A DNA stretch of 64,000 bases from an archaeon (GTDB lineage: Archaea > Undinarchaeota > CAZHTU01 > JBDRCC01): the NCBI GenBank assembly GCA_043822065.1, contig JBDRCC010000021.1, positions 1 to 64,000 on the forward strand. The letters run 5' to 3'. Below, piece by piece: positions 37,859 through 47,731 of this stretch (positions are counted from its first letter, which is position 1; each line of letters begins with the position of its first letter). A model generated the notes under the pieces. That model was not told the DNA's origin, made no database searches, and saw only the letters and a program-made list of their open reading frames with translations. Position numbers and translations under genes: made by a program.

Positions 37859-38404
37859 CTAAGCTAGCACCAGCATGACGTACGGCGCAAACGAGCGGAA
37901 CATCACGAAATTCCAGACGATGTGCGTCAGCACGAACTTGGCGCAGCCTGCCGGGCTGTGCCCGGTGAAAACGTACACCCCGCATATCACCACATCATAA
38001 ATTACAGTCACCAGGACCCCGAGCGCAAGGATGCCCCCCACATTCAGCATCCCTGCCAGGAACCCTGCGAGCAGGAACCCGAAAACGCCTATCAGCACGT
38101 CGTCAGGCCTCTCCCTTGTGAAAAACCATGACAGCGCCATCGCAGCAGCGCCAACAAGGCCGCCAAGCATCGCGCCCTCCGACACAGCGGTGCAGACTGT
38201 AAAAAGCATTATCATTTCTATCCCGATGTCCCCGCCTGCGAACCTCTGCGGGACCCTGCTCAGCGCCCCGATCGCTACCATCAGCAGCAGCGCCCCCCCG
38301 AACTTCAGCTGGGCGCCGAACGTGTAGAACAGAAAGGCGATGAGCAAGGCTGCCGTCCCGGCTACCGCCCCAATGACCACCAGCGGCCGTTCTAGTATCC
38401 CCAT
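37859..38404 (-). CDS. Membrane protein, possibly ECF S-component-like
   Basis: About 6 short Gly-rich TMs. Confidence 0.6.
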   Translation of the reverse strand: MGILERPLVVIGAVAGTAALLIAFLFYTFGAQLKFGGALLLMVAIGALSRVPQRFAGGDIGIEMIMLFTVCTAVSEGAMLGGLVGAAAMALSWFFTRERPDDVLIGVFGFLLAGFLAGMLNVGGILALGVLVTVIYDVVICGVYVFTGHSPAGCAKFVLTHIVWNFVMFRSFAPYVMLVLA

Positions 38405-38539
38405 TTTAGCCTTTATATATTTCAGAACTCACCGGATTTATATGGTTGGCGAAAAAGGCGTATTCCAGGATGGGATTTGCAGGGCTGGCAATCCTGCCAG
38501 CGAAAGCCTGCGCCGCTCCGCCACCCCTTTTGGAACAAA

Positions 38540-40219
38540 ATGATAGGTCTAAACGAGGCAGCCTGCGACTCATGCGGAATCTGCGCAATGGCGTGCCAGC
38601 GGCACGGCATCCAGCTTGCCGGATTCCCAAACCTCTGCCGCCACTGCGAGGACCCGCCCTGCCTCGGCTGCGGCGCCATGCGGCTGGAGGGCGCTGTGGT
38701 TGTCATCGACCAGAGCATGTGCGGCGGCTGCGGCGAGTGCGCCAAGCGCTGCCCCTACGGCGCAATAACCCTAACCAAAGGAAAGGCGTGGAAGTGCGAC
38801 CTCTGCTACCCGGAGCTCAAGCCGAAGTGCATCCCAGCCTGCCCAGAGAACGCCCTGTACGTCATTTCCGCCGAAAGGGAAAGCCCGCTCGGCTGGGGCT
38901 TCCAGCCGCTCTCGGATTCCTTCATAAGAAAAACCCTCGAGCGCACTGACAAAGACGCAGTCTTCATTGACACAAAGGGCGACATCCGCTATTTCTACAC
39001 TGGCTTGTCCGAGCTGACCCAGCAGGAGGAGGGGGTATTCCGGGCGGTCTCTTCGCTTTTCAAGGAGCTCGCAAGGCGCGAGATGCTCTCGCCCCCGCTG
39101 TCAGGCGAAAACCCACTCGCCGCCAGAAAGGAAATCCGCACCAAGGTCTCCACCCTCCTCGCAGACCACCTCGTGCGGCACTCCAAGCCATTCCCTCCTG
39201 AAAGGAGCGAGAACCTAGCCGAGATAATCACTTCCTCCGTCGGAGGCAACCTCGGCCCGCTGGACTTCCTACTGTACAACGACAGGTTTGAGGAAGTGAC
39301 ATTAAACGGCATCGGCGAGAAGCTCTTCGCCAAGCACAAGGAATACGGAAGAATCGAGACGAATTTTTTCTTCAGGAGCGCGGAATACGCAAAGGAGAAC
39401 ATCGTCAACCGGATAGCCGACTTCGTCGGGGAGCCAAACCTTTCTGAAAAGAACCCAATCCTCCCGGCGACCCTCCCTAACGGCGACAGGCTCCACGCCC
39501 TGCTGTACCCCGTCGTCGGCTCCATAGCATTTACAATCCGCCACTTCCCGAAGAAAAACCTCACCCTCGAAGACCTGATAGCCTCCGGCACAATCTCCAA
39601 AGGCGCAGCCGAATACCTAAAAAAAATCATGGAGTCTGGCAAGACAGTCTTCTTCGTCGGCGCCACCGGCACAGGAAAGACAACCCTGCTCAACGCCCTC
39701 CTGAAATACGTCCCGCCGGACAGGCGCATCCTCTCCCTGGAAGAGGTCAGGGAGATACACCCCCCGCACAAGGACTTCCTCCACCACCAGGCAAGGAAGT
39801 CGCAGGGAATCGGCATGCAGCAGCTGATTGAGTCGAGCCTCAGGGAGACGCCGGACCGCGTCGTCATCGGCGAGGTCAGGACAGAGGCGGAAATCCGCGC
39901 CTTCCTCTCCCTAGCCCAGGCTGGCCCGGGCGAGGCTTCGTATGCCACGTTTCACGGCGAGACGCTCGAGACCGCAATCCGGAGGCTGAAACACTACGGC
40001 ATCTCCGAAGTCGACCTGCCTGGTGCCATACACCTTCTAGTCCTCCTCACGCGCAGGCATGAGTACGACAGGAAGCTGAACAAAAGCCGGACTGCCCGCT
40101 ACGTCGCGGAAATCGCAGAGCTCAAAGACGACGCGTCCCTCAACAAAATCTTTGTTTTCAAGGCCAGGGCAAAACGGCTCGAGAGGACCAAGAGCAAATC
40201 AATTCTGCTCGACCAGTAA
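38540..40219 (+). CDS. 4x[4Fe-4S] ferredoxin domain fused to VirB11/CpaF-type secretion/pilus ATPase
   Basis: Four Cys groups (CDSCGICAMAC, CRHCEDPPCLGC, CGGCGECAKRCP, CDLC..PKCIPACP); GATGTGKT, EE..E, RETPDRVVIGEVR, TFHG. Confidence 0.88.
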   Translation: MIGLNEAACDSCGICAMACQRHGIQLAGFPNLCRHCEDPPCLGCGAMRLEGAVVVIDQSMCGGCGECAKRCPYGAITLTKGKAWKCDLCYPELKPKCIPACPENALYVISAERESPLGWGFQPLSDSFIRKTLERTDKDAVFIDTKGDIRYFYTGLSELTQQEEGVFRAVSSLFKELARREMLSPPLSGENPLAARKEIRTKVSTLLADHLVRHSKPFPPERSENLAEIITSSVGGNLGPLDFLLYNDRFEEVTLNGIGEKLFAKHKEYGRIETNFFFRSAEYAKENIVNRIADFVGEPNLSEKNPILPATLPNGDRLHALLYPVVGSIAFTIRHFPKKNLTLEDLIASGTISKGAAEYLKKIMESGKTVFFVGATGTGKTTLLNALLKYVPPDRRILSLEEVREIHPPHKDFLHHQARKSQGIGMQQLIESSLRETPDRVVIGEVRTEAEIRAFLSLAQAGPGEASYATFHGETLETAIRRLKHYGISEVDLPGAIHLLVLLTRRHEYDRKLNKSRTARYVAEIAELKDDASLNKIFVFKARAKRLERTKSKSILLDQ

Positions 40220-40258
40220 CAATAAAAAATCACCCCCCCTATACTTCTTGGGGGTAAA

Positions 40259-41590
40259 ATGGCAATTCATCCAATCGAGTTTAGGTATGGAAGGCCGGAG
40301 ATGAAAAACGTCTGGTCCGACGAGTCCCGCCTGAAAAAGGTCCTTGAGGTCGAGGTTGCGCTCGCATACGCGCACTCCAAGGCCGGAAACATCTCAAAAT
40401 CTGATTTTCTGAAAATCCAAGCCGGCGCAAAGAAGGTCAGGCTTGACCGCGTCAACAAGATCGAGGCGGAAATCAACCACGACATGATGGCGGTCGTCAG
40501 GGCGCTCTCCGAGCAGTGCGGCTCGGCTGGGAAGTACGTCCACCTCGGCGCGACATCAAACGACATATTCGACACTGCGACATCCCTCCAGTTCAAGGAG
40601 GCAGCCAGAATCCTCCGATCCGACCTTGTCTCGCTCAAAACGACCCTTGCCACCCTTGCCGGCAGGACGAAAAACCTCGTCTGCATCGGCAGGACGCACG
40701 GGCAGCACGCAGTCCCGACTACATATGGGCTCCGCTTCGCAATCTGGGCGCTTGAAGTCCACAGGCACCTCCAGCGACTCGACGAGCTGACACCAAGGCT
40801 TCTCGTCGGGCAGATGAACGGCGCAGTCGGCACTGGCGCGGCGTTCGGCTCAAAAGCCGCAAGGATACAGGACACCGCAGTCAGGCGCCTCGGCCTCAAG
40901 CCGGTCACGGCGTCAAACCAGGTCATCCAGCGCGACCGCCACGCAGAGTTCCTGCTCTTCATGTCCCTTGCCGCGGAGACGCTCAACAAGATAGGCGTCA
41001 ACATCCGCACCTGGCAGAGGACTGAAATCGGCGAGGTATTCGAGCAGTTCGACACCAAGAAGCAGGTCGGCAGCTCGACCATGCCGCACAAGCGGAACCC
41101 GATACACTTCGAGCGCATCTGCGGCCTCTCGAGAATCATAACCGCAAACGCATTCGCCCAGCTGAGGAACATCGCACTCTGGGACGAGCGCGACCTGACA
41201 AACTCCTCTCCCGAGAGGATAACATTCCTCGAGTCGACAATACTCCTTGACTACATCCTCGGGCTGTCCATCTGCGGGCTGTCCTCCCTTGGGTTCGACA
41301 GGAAGCGGATTGAGCAGAACCTCAACATGACGAATGGGCTTGTCATGGCAGAGCGCGTAATGATTGCCCTGGCTGAAAACGGCATGCCGCGCCAGGAGGC
41401 GCACGAGCTCGTCCGGAAGCTCTCGATGAAGTGCTACTCCTCAGGCGAGCCGCTTGCCAGCCTGCTGAAATCAGACAGAAAAATATCTTCAATCCTTTCC
41501 CCGAAGAAAATCGATTTGCTGATGGACCCGCACACCTACATCGGCAATGCAGTCCAGACCGTCGAGAAGGCGCTCAAAGAGGTGCGCTGA
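40259..41590 (+). CDS. purB: Adenylosuccinate lyase
   Basis: HLGATSND, GRTHGQHA, GSSTMPHKRNP. Confidence 0.96.
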   Translation: MAIHPIEFRYGRPEMKNVWSDESRLKKVLEVEVALAYAHSKAGNISKSDFLKIQAGAKKVRLDRVNKIEAEINHDMMAVVRALSEQCGSAGKYVHLGATSNDIFDTATSLQFKEAARILRSDLVSLKTTLATLAGRTKNLVCIGRTHGQHAVPTTYGLRFAIWALEVHRHLQRLDELTPRLLVGQMNGAVGTGAAFGSKAARIQDTAVRRLGLKPVTASNQVIQRDRHAEFLLFMSLAAETLNKIGVNIRTWQRTEIGEVFEQFDTKKQVGSSTMPHKRNPIHFERICGLSRIITANAFAQLRNIALWDERDLTNSSPERITFLESTILLDYILGLSICGLSSLGFDRKRIEQNLNMTNGLVMAERVMIALAENGMPRQEAHELVRKLSMKCYSSGEPLASLLKSDRKISSILSPKKIDLLMDPHTYIGNAVQTVEKALKEVR

Positions 41591-42588
41591 TGGACTACCG
41601 CCAGGCAGGAGTAGACATCAAAAAGGAAAACGCCTCAATCTCTACGATGGTCTCGGCCCTGCAGAAGACCTTTGCAGAGCGCAAGGGAAAGCTCGGGGAG
41701 GTCATCGACCTCGGAGACTACTTCGCTAACCTAATTGACATCGGGAACGGCAAGGCGCTTGCAATGTCAACCGACGGAGCCGGCTCCAAGGTGATAATTG
41801 CCGAGCTGCTTGACGACTACACCACAGTCGGGATAGACATGGTCGCGATGAACGTCAACGACATCATCTGCACCGGCGCCGAACCGATTGCACTCGTCGA
41901 CTACTACGCAGTCGAGGAGATAAATGAAAGGCGCTCGCTTGAAATCGCCCAGGGCGTCGCCAGGGGCTCAATCGAGGCAGGCGTCGCCGTCATCGGCGGC
42001 GAGACTGCAAGCCTCCCGGACACAATCAAGGGCGCAAAGCCGAAGACGGGCTTCGACATCGCCGGGACCGCCATCGGAATCGTCGACAAGGACAAGATAA
42101 TCGACGGCAAGAAGGTCAAGCCAGGGGACGCAATCCTCGGGCTCGCGTCATCCGGCATACACTCAAACGGGCTGACACTTGCACGGAAGGTCCTCGACCT
42201 CTCGGACAAAAAAACCCTCCGGGAGCTCCTGACCCCGACGAGGATTTACGTCAAGCCAATACTCAAGCTCCTCAAGTCCTGCGAGGTCCACGGCCTTGCC
42301 CACATCACGGGTGGCGGGCTGAACAAGATACGCAGGCTCAACAAGAACTACGGCGTAGACATACCAAGCCCGCGCAAGCCGCAGAAGATATTCCAGGAAA
42401 TCCAGAAAAAGGCAGGCATCTCTGAAGCTGAGATGTACCGGACGTTCAACATGGGGACCGGCTTCGCAGTTGTGCTCCCTGAGTCAGAGGTCGCATCAGC
42501 GAAAAAGCTTCTCTCCGCCCTTGACCCGATGGTCATCGGCTCTGTAATCAGGGAAAAGGCAATCTACCTGCGGGGCGAGAAGGCATAA
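41590..42588 (+). CDS. purM: AIR synthetase
   Basis: Y..AGVD, TDGAGSK, GID.VAMNVND, GGETA, SSGIHSNG, HITGGG, TFNMG. Confidence 0.95.
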   Translation: MDYRQAGVDIKKENASISTMVSALQKTFAERKGKLGEVIDLGDYFANLIDIGNGKALAMSTDGAGSKVIIAELLDDYTTVGIDMVAMNVNDIICTGAEPIALVDYYAVEEINERRSLEIAQGVARGSIEAGVAVIGGETASLPDTIKGAKPKTGFDIAGTAIGIVDKDKIIDGKKVKPGDAILGLASSGIHSNGLTLARKVLDLSDKKTLRELLTPTRIYVKPILKLLKSCEVHGLAHITGGGLNKIRRLNKNYGVDIPSPRKPQKIFQEIQKKAGISEAEMYRTFNMGTGFAVVLPESEVASAKKLLSALDPMVIGSVIREKAIYLRGEKA

Positions 42589-43682
42589 TGTACGCCGGCA
42601 GAGTCGTTGCAGTAGGCAAGACCTCCGCGCCATTTGTCTGCTACAGGGTTTCCTCCAACTCGTTCCCTGACCGCGCGGCAAAAATATCGCGCGGCAAGGT
42701 GAAAATCTCACTCAAGCCGGGAATCAAGACATCCAACCAATACGTCGAGTACAACTGCATAGCCAAAGTCGGCAAAGCCGTCATCGCCTCAAACGGGAAA
42801 CACACCGACCTCATAGCCAAAAATTTCAGCTCAGGCATGCCCATGAAGGAGGCAATTTATTCCGCACTCAGCAGGATGGGCTACGAAAAGGACGGGCACA
42901 ACACCCCGCGGATTGCGGGCGCGTTCCTCGGCAGCAAAGGCTATCTTGGCATCATCCGAAAGGGCGGAATTGAAATCCAGGAGTTCCCCCTGCGGGCAGG
43001 CTCGTGCAGGATTGTCTCGACAAATTCGTTTACCTCCCTCTCCGAAAACGAGTACGCATTCGAAGCCGCTGACGCAAAGGACTGCGCCCGCTTCATCTCC
43101 GAAGGGCACTTCTTCTGCAAGCTCAAGAGCTTTGTCTGCTCCGCGGCATACCTCGGCGGGTATTCAACCTACAACCCAAACGTGCCAACCCCAGCCCAGG
43201 CGCTCGCCCTCCTAAAGAAAGCAGGCTGCTCCCAGAAGGTCATCCTCCACTGCAAAACCGTCAGGCGCATCGCCCTAAAGCTCCTTGACAAATACCGGAT
43301 AAAGGCAGACCGCCAGCTCGTTGAAACCGGCTCGCTCCTGCACGACATCGGCAGGGCTAAGGACCACGGCATCCAGCACGGGCTCTACAGCTATCAAGCC
43401 CTCCGTGAGCTTGACCTCCCGCTTGAAATATGCCTCATCGCGCTCCACCACGTCGGCTCGGGAATCGACAGGCAGACCGCGGTCGAGCTCGGCCTACCTC
43501 CCGCGGACTACTCCCCCATCACGACTGAGGAAAAGCTTGTCTGTTTCGCCGACATCCTCGCCAGGGGCGACACGGAGCTTTCGTACGAGGAAGCCCTTGA
43601 GGCGGACTCCCTGAAGTTCGGCAAGAATTCCAAATACATCCGCAAAATGAAGGCTCTCCACTGCGAACTCACGGGCAAATAG
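42588..43682 (+). CDS. purO: Archaeal IMP cyclohydrolase PurO fused to HDIG-type HD domain
   Basis: MY.GR, YRVSS.SFP.R, YNC, SNG.HTD, YEKD..NTPRI; then H, LLHDIGR, HHVG.G, EEK.V..AD. Confidence 0.88.
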   Translation: MYAGRVVAVGKTSAPFVCYRVSSNSFPDRAAKISRGKVKISLKPGIKTSNQYVEYNCIAKVGKAVIASNGKHTDLIAKNFSSGMPMKEAIYSALSRMGYEKDGHNTPRIAGAFLGSKGYLGIIRKGGIEIQEFPLRAGSCRIVSTNSFTSLSENEYAFEAADAKDCARFISEGHFFCKLKSFVCSAAYLGGYSTYNPNVPTPAQALALLKKAGCSQKVILHCKTVRRIALKLLDKYRIKADRQLVETGSLLHDIGRAKDHGIQHGLYSYQALRELDLPLEICLIALHHVGSGIDRQTAVELGLPPADYSPITTEEKLVCFADILARGDTELSYEEALEADSLKFGKNSKYIRKMKALHCELTGK

Positions 43683-43712
43683 CTTTTTAAATACTAAAAT
43701 CAAAGTCCTATT

Positions 43713-44435
43713 ATGGTCAGCCAATTTCCGACCGTCAAGGCATACGAGGAGGCATGCGCGAGGGCAGCGAAGAAGGGCATCGAGCTCACGAAAAACCCTG
43801 ACCTAACGAACTTCTTCAATTCCACCTACTACTTCTTCATGGCAGGCGACCACGCCAGGCTTGAGCACACTGCCAAGCAGATTAAATTCCTCATTGAGAT
43901 GAAGGAGAAAAAGGGCATTCCCCTCAAAAAAGACGAAGCCCGCATCCCGTCATTCCTCCCGCTTTTTGAAATTCTGCTAAAGAAGGACAAGATGAAAATA
44001 TGCGAGGAGCTGAAGGGCCTGGTCTATTTCCTGCCCCCTGAACTCCAGGAGGACGAGCGGCACTATCGCCTCCTTTTCAGCAGGGAATACCTCATAAACA
44101 TAAAGAAGGACCTTGAAGTCTACCACAAGATTATCCCGAAGGCGCTGGAAAAAATGCCGCCCGAAGACCCGGACGCAGACGACAAGGCAAAGGATAAGCG
44201 GGAACGGGCAATCGAAGTAATTTCGAAGTTCCTGGAGAAGCAAAAGAACGCGCTTATCAAGGATTTGTACAAACGGACTGTCTTCGACTTCTCCTGGTCC
44301 AAGGATCCAGCTTCGGACGACGGAAAGCTTTACTTCCCGCTCGACAAGAAGTCCAATGCCCTGCTCCTCCTATATTTCTTTTACAAGCTGGACGCCTGCA
44401 TAGACGCAGTAAACACTTTCACAGGCAAGGAATAA
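43713..44435 (+). CDS. Hypothetical helical protein
   Basis: 240-aa ORF with host codon usage and upstream TATA box. Confidence 0.7.
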   Translation: MVSQFPTVKAYEEACARAAKKGIELTKNPDLTNFFNSTYYFFMAGDHARLEHTAKQIKFLIEMKEKKGIPLKKDEARIPSFLPLFEILLKKDKMKICEELKGLVYFLPPELQEDERHYRLLFSREYLINIKKDLEVYHKIIPKALEKMPPEDPDADDKAKDKRERAIEVISKFLEKQKNALIKDLYKRTVFDFSWSKDPASDDGKLYFPLDKKSNALLLLYFFYKLDACIDAVNTFTGKE

Positions 44436-44849
44436 TCACGGATAAATAGTTACTATGTCCCCGTCCTTCACGTCAAGGGCTGCCCTGAGGTTTATCGGCC
44501 CGAGTATCTCGATTACCTCGTCGTCCTCCCTCTGCCTGTCGGGGAATATGACTGCGCACCTGGTCGTCTGCGCCTCGCCGTGCTCCAGGGTGGATATCCG
44601 CACGCACTTCGCCCCGCCGTAGTCGTCCACCATGTCCTTCTTGCGGGTGTTAACCTTCATGAAGCCCTCGAGCCGCTCTCCTGTCAGCGTCCTAAGGTGC
44701 TCCCTTACCGTAGGGGTGACCTGGAGGCAAAGCGTCCCTGAAAAAGGGGTGTAGCCAAGGATGCGCTTGAACTGCTTGGTATACTCCGTCATGGAGACAA
44801 AAGCTGCGCCTTCCCCCGCCCCACTTCTAACTATGCCTGAGAAGCTCAT
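44436..44849 (-). CDS. ribK: CTP-dependent riboflavin kinase
   Basis: G.V.SG.GEG, GY.PF.GTL, EI.....LR..L...DGD. Confidence 0.85.
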   Translation of the reverse strand: MSFSGIVRSGAGEGAAFVSMTEYTKQFKRILGYTPFSGTLCLQVTPTVREHLRTLTGERLEGFMKVNTRKKDMVDDYGGAKCVRISTLEHGEAQTTRCAVIFPDRQREDDEVIEILGPINLRAALDVKDGDIVTIYP

Positions 44850-44856
44850 CTAAGCG

Positions 44857-45171
44857 CTAAATGTCTTCTGCAACCCGTTCATCTTCGCCTGTCGGGATTG
44901 ACAGCGGGGTCTCGTACTTCTTCGGCATTGAAATGATAACTATGTCGTCCGCCGCAACTATGTGCTTGTGCGGTATCAGTACTGCCCTCTTTGCGTCCCC
45001 GCTTTTTTCGAACATCTGGTAGAGGAAGCTCCCCCGGTCCATCTGGACGACGACGCCGTATACTGCGCCCCTTTCAGTGTCCAGCATGGTGTCCTCGACA
45101 ACGCCTATAAACTTGGCGTTCTTGGTGTAAACGCTTTTTCCGCCTATCTCGGTGAGATTGCTAACTGTCAT
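44857..45171 (-). CDS. PRC-barrel protein (CdpB-like)
   Basis: GK.VYT......G.V.D, IP...I.A..DIVII. Confidence 0.8.
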   Translation of the reverse strand: MTVSNLTEIGGKSVYTKNAKFIGVVEDTMLDTERGAVYGVVVQMDRGSFLYQMFEKSGDAKRAVLIPHKHIVAADDIVIISMPKKYETPLSIPTGEDERVAEDI

Positions 45172-45214
45172 ATCAACCGCTACTCATTAAATCCAACTAG
45201 TATATAAATTATTC

Positions 45215-45859
45215 ATGGCGAGGACAGTCATACTCATCCCAACCGCGCACCTTTCGAAAAAGAGCGTTCAGCTCGTCAGGCGGACAATCGACGAAGTCAA
45301 GCCACAGGCCGTGGCGGTCGAGCTCTGCAGGAACCGCTACTACGCCCTCGCCTCGGGAAGGCGCGCCACCGCAAAGGAGCTCATCCGCAGGGGAAACCTC
45401 TTTCTAGCAATCGTAAGCATGCTCCAAAACCGCCTCTCCAAACAAATAGGGCTCCTCCCAGGGGCGGAAATGATTGAGGCGGTGAAGGTTGCCCGCGAGA
45501 GGAACCTCCCCGTCTTCCTCATCGACCAGGACATCTTCACCATCATGCGGAGCTTCAGGAAAATCCCCCTCCGCGAGAAGCTCAGGATGTTCTTCCTAAC
45601 AGGGGGCATCCCCAAGAAGGCCACCATTGACGAGCTCACCGAGGAGAAGACAGTCTCAGGAATCCTCGAGGCCATGCGCAGGAAGATGCCAGTGACCTAC
45701 AAAGCCCTTGTCGAAGACCGAAACCGTTTTATGGCTCGCCAGCTAAAGAGCCTACCGTTCGAGAGCGTGGTCGCCGTCGTCGGCGCAGGCCACGCCTCAG
45801 GCATAAAGAGGATACTCGAGGTGAAAAATGCTGACAGGCGACGTAAAAAAGCTGTTTGA
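45215..45859 (+). CDS. TraB/PrgY family protein
   Basis: TAH.S, VAVELC, PG.EM, DQ, RN..MA, VVGAGH. Confidence 0.9.
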   Translation: MARTVILIPTAHLSKKSVQLVRRTIDEVKPQAVAVELCRNRYYALASGRRATAKELIRRGNLFLAIVSMLQNRLSKQIGLLPGAEMIEAVKVARERNLPVFLIDQDIFTIMRSFRKIPLREKLRMFFLTGGIPKKATIDELTEEKTVSGILEAMRRKMPVTYKALVEDRNRFMARQLKSLPFESVVAVVGAGHASGIKRILEVKNADRRRKKAV

Positions 45860-46262
45860 GTCCCAGGATCTTGTCGCGCTGGCTACTGCAGACAAAAGCA
45901 GCATGCCAAACGTGGTCCCGATATACTGGAAAAAGATAGTCGACAGCTCGACAATATGGCTGATAGACAACTACATGCTCCAGACCGCTGGAAACCTGAG
46001 GCAGAACAAAAAGGCATGCATCTCCTTTTGGAACCCCTCCACCGAAGACGCCTATAAGCTAAAAGGCGAGGCTACCTATTACTCGAGCGGCAAGGTCTTC
46101 GAGGCAGCCAAAAAGTGGATACAGTCAATAAGCCCATCTAAGAGCCCGAAAGGCGTTGTCGAATTCAAAGTCCTGGAAGTCTACACAATAAAGCCAGGCC
46201 CTGCCGCCGGCTCAATGCTGTACGACAGCGATACCAAAGCTAAAAAGACAAGCAAAAAATGA
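45828..46262 (+). CDS. Pyridoxamine 5'-phosphate oxidase-like FMN-binding protein
   Basis: LATA....PNVVP, DNYM..T..N, Y.LKG, PGP.AG. Confidence 0.85.
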   Translation: MLTGDVKKLFESQDLVALATADKSSMPNVVPIYWKKIVDSSTIWLIDNYMLQTAGNLRQNKKACISFWNPSTEDAYKLKGEATYYSSGKVFEAAKKWIQSISPSKSPKGVVEFKVLEVYTIKPGPAAGSMLYDSDTKAKKTSKK

Positions 46263-46864
46263 AAAAAAACGTCTACCAGTTCGGCGAAACAGAGCTTAAG
46301 GACCTCATAGTGGCATGGGTCTTCCTTTCCCTTATCTTCTCCTACCGCGCAGGCTTTGCAGCATCCGGCGACTTCCTCTCCCGTTTCCTCTTCATCCTCC
46401 CAACCCTCGGGCTCGGCTTCATAGGCCACGAGCTCTCCCATAAGTTCGCAGCCCAGAGGTATGGGTTCTGGGCGGAGTTCAGGATAAGCTACAGCAACCT
46501 GTTCTTCGCGCTAATCCTCGCGATGGTTAGCCCGATAATCTTTGCTGCCCCCGGCGCGGTCGTCATCTTCCCAGTCAACAGGCATGGCAGGATGGCCGAC
46601 AGCGGCGCGAGCGGGAGGATTTCCCTTGCAGGCCCGATGGCAAACCTGCTGATAGTCCTGCTCTTCTCGGCGGCTTACCTCTTCCTCCCGCTGAGCCCTG
46701 CCCTCGTCTCCCTCTGCCAGATAGGCATCATGGTCAACGGCTTCCTTGCGTTCTTCAACCTCATACCGTTCAGCGTCCTCGACGGGAAGAAGGTCTTCCG
46801 CTGGAGCAAGCCGGTCTGGGCGCTCGCCTTTGCAATCTCCCTCCTTGCCCTGTATTCGGTATAG
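46259..46864 (+). CDS. Site-2 (M50) metalloprotease
   Basis: HELSH, AGP..N, FNLIP...LDG. Confidence 0.9.
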   Translation: MKKNVYQFGETELKDLIVAWVFLSLIFSYRAGFAASGDFLSRFLFILPTLGLGFIGHELSHKFAAQRYGFWAEFRISYSNLFFALILAMVSPIIFAAPGAVVIFPVNRHGRMADSGASGRISLAGPMANLLIVLLFSAAYLFLPLSPALVSLCQIGIMVNGFLAFFNLIPFSVLDGKKVFRWSKPVWALAFAISLLALYSV

Positions 46865-46899
46865 AGAAAACTTAAAAACGCCAAAGTCGAAATAACCAT

Positions 46900-47010
46900 A
46901 TGAACTGCAAAGCTGTGCTCGTCAACTACCTGAACGGGATAATGGCGGTAATGTTTGTCCTATGGTTCTTCCTGCACGTATTCGGGGTCGCCAACCTGAT
47001 TCTGTCCTAA
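46900..47010 (+). CDS. Small single-TM protein (36 aa), not in ORF track
   Basis: MNCKAVLVNYLNGIMAVMFVLWFFLHVFGVANLILS; CTTAAAA box upstream. Confidence 0.45.
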   Translation: MNCKAVLVNYLNGIMAVMFVLWFFLHVFGVANLILS

Positions 47011-47612
47011 TCCGACACAGCCTCGTCTATAACGCTGTCCCTCACCTTATCAAAGCCCTTTTTCGCAGCCTTTTCGTGGTACTTCTCAAAATACACCCGC
47101 ATAAGCCTGTTAAACGAGGCAGCCGCCTCTGCAAAATTAGTATCGCACCTGTCCCGCAGCACAGCCTCCAGCTTGCCCTCCTTCAGCCCGTCCCGCACGT
47201 GCTTCCACGCCGGGCATGCCTTGTAGAAATCCACGTGCTTCAGGACAACATGGAACGCAGGGTAGCACTTGCAGACGAACGGCTTGGCGCTGTGCACCTT
47301 GCAGAGCCCTGACTTCTTGTCATAAAATATGCAGCTCCCACCTTCAATCTTCAGATGCAGCTTGTAGGCAATCTGCGTCTCGTAAATCCACCTTTGTATG
47401 TCCCGCTCCACGTAGCTAATGCCCTTTAGCCACTCCGCAATTTCAAATACCTGCTCGATGGCGGCAAACTCATGCGGCCTCATCCCAGTCTTCCTGCTTA
47501 TCGCCTTGGCGTCCCTCATTGTGATGTCAGGGCCGCGGCCGCTAAACGTCCCGCAGCAGTGGCGGTCGCACTTCCTGCATATCTCGGTTGTGTCAATCCA
47601 GGGCTCTTTCAT
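47007..47612 (-). CDS. YkgJ-family CxxCxxCC cysteine-cluster protein
   Basis: CRKCDRHCC, CIFY....LC.VH..KP..C..YP. Confidence 0.85.
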   Translation of the reverse strand: MKEPWIDTTEICRKCDRHCCGTFSGRGPDITMRDAKAISRKTGMRPHEFAAIEQVFEIAEWLKGISYVERDIQRWIYETQIAYKLHLKIEGGSCIFYDKKSGLCKVHSAKPFVCKCYPAFHVVLKHVDFYKACPAWKHVRDGLKEGKLEAVLRDRCDTNFAEAAASFNRLMRVYFEKYHEKAAKKGFDKVRDSVIDEAVSD

Positions 47613-47731
47613 GGGAAATATATCCGTTGGAAATATATTTAAGCTCTTTCCTTATAACTAATACGGGGTTACTCTTTTAGGCTTATATCTATGGGAACGG
47701 CCAACCCCCTACTGAACTGGAGAACACACAA

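Noticed and set aside
47613-47731. Purine/ZTP riboswitch upstream of purD
   Set aside because: No recognisable consensus; the region is explained by divergent TATA boxes.
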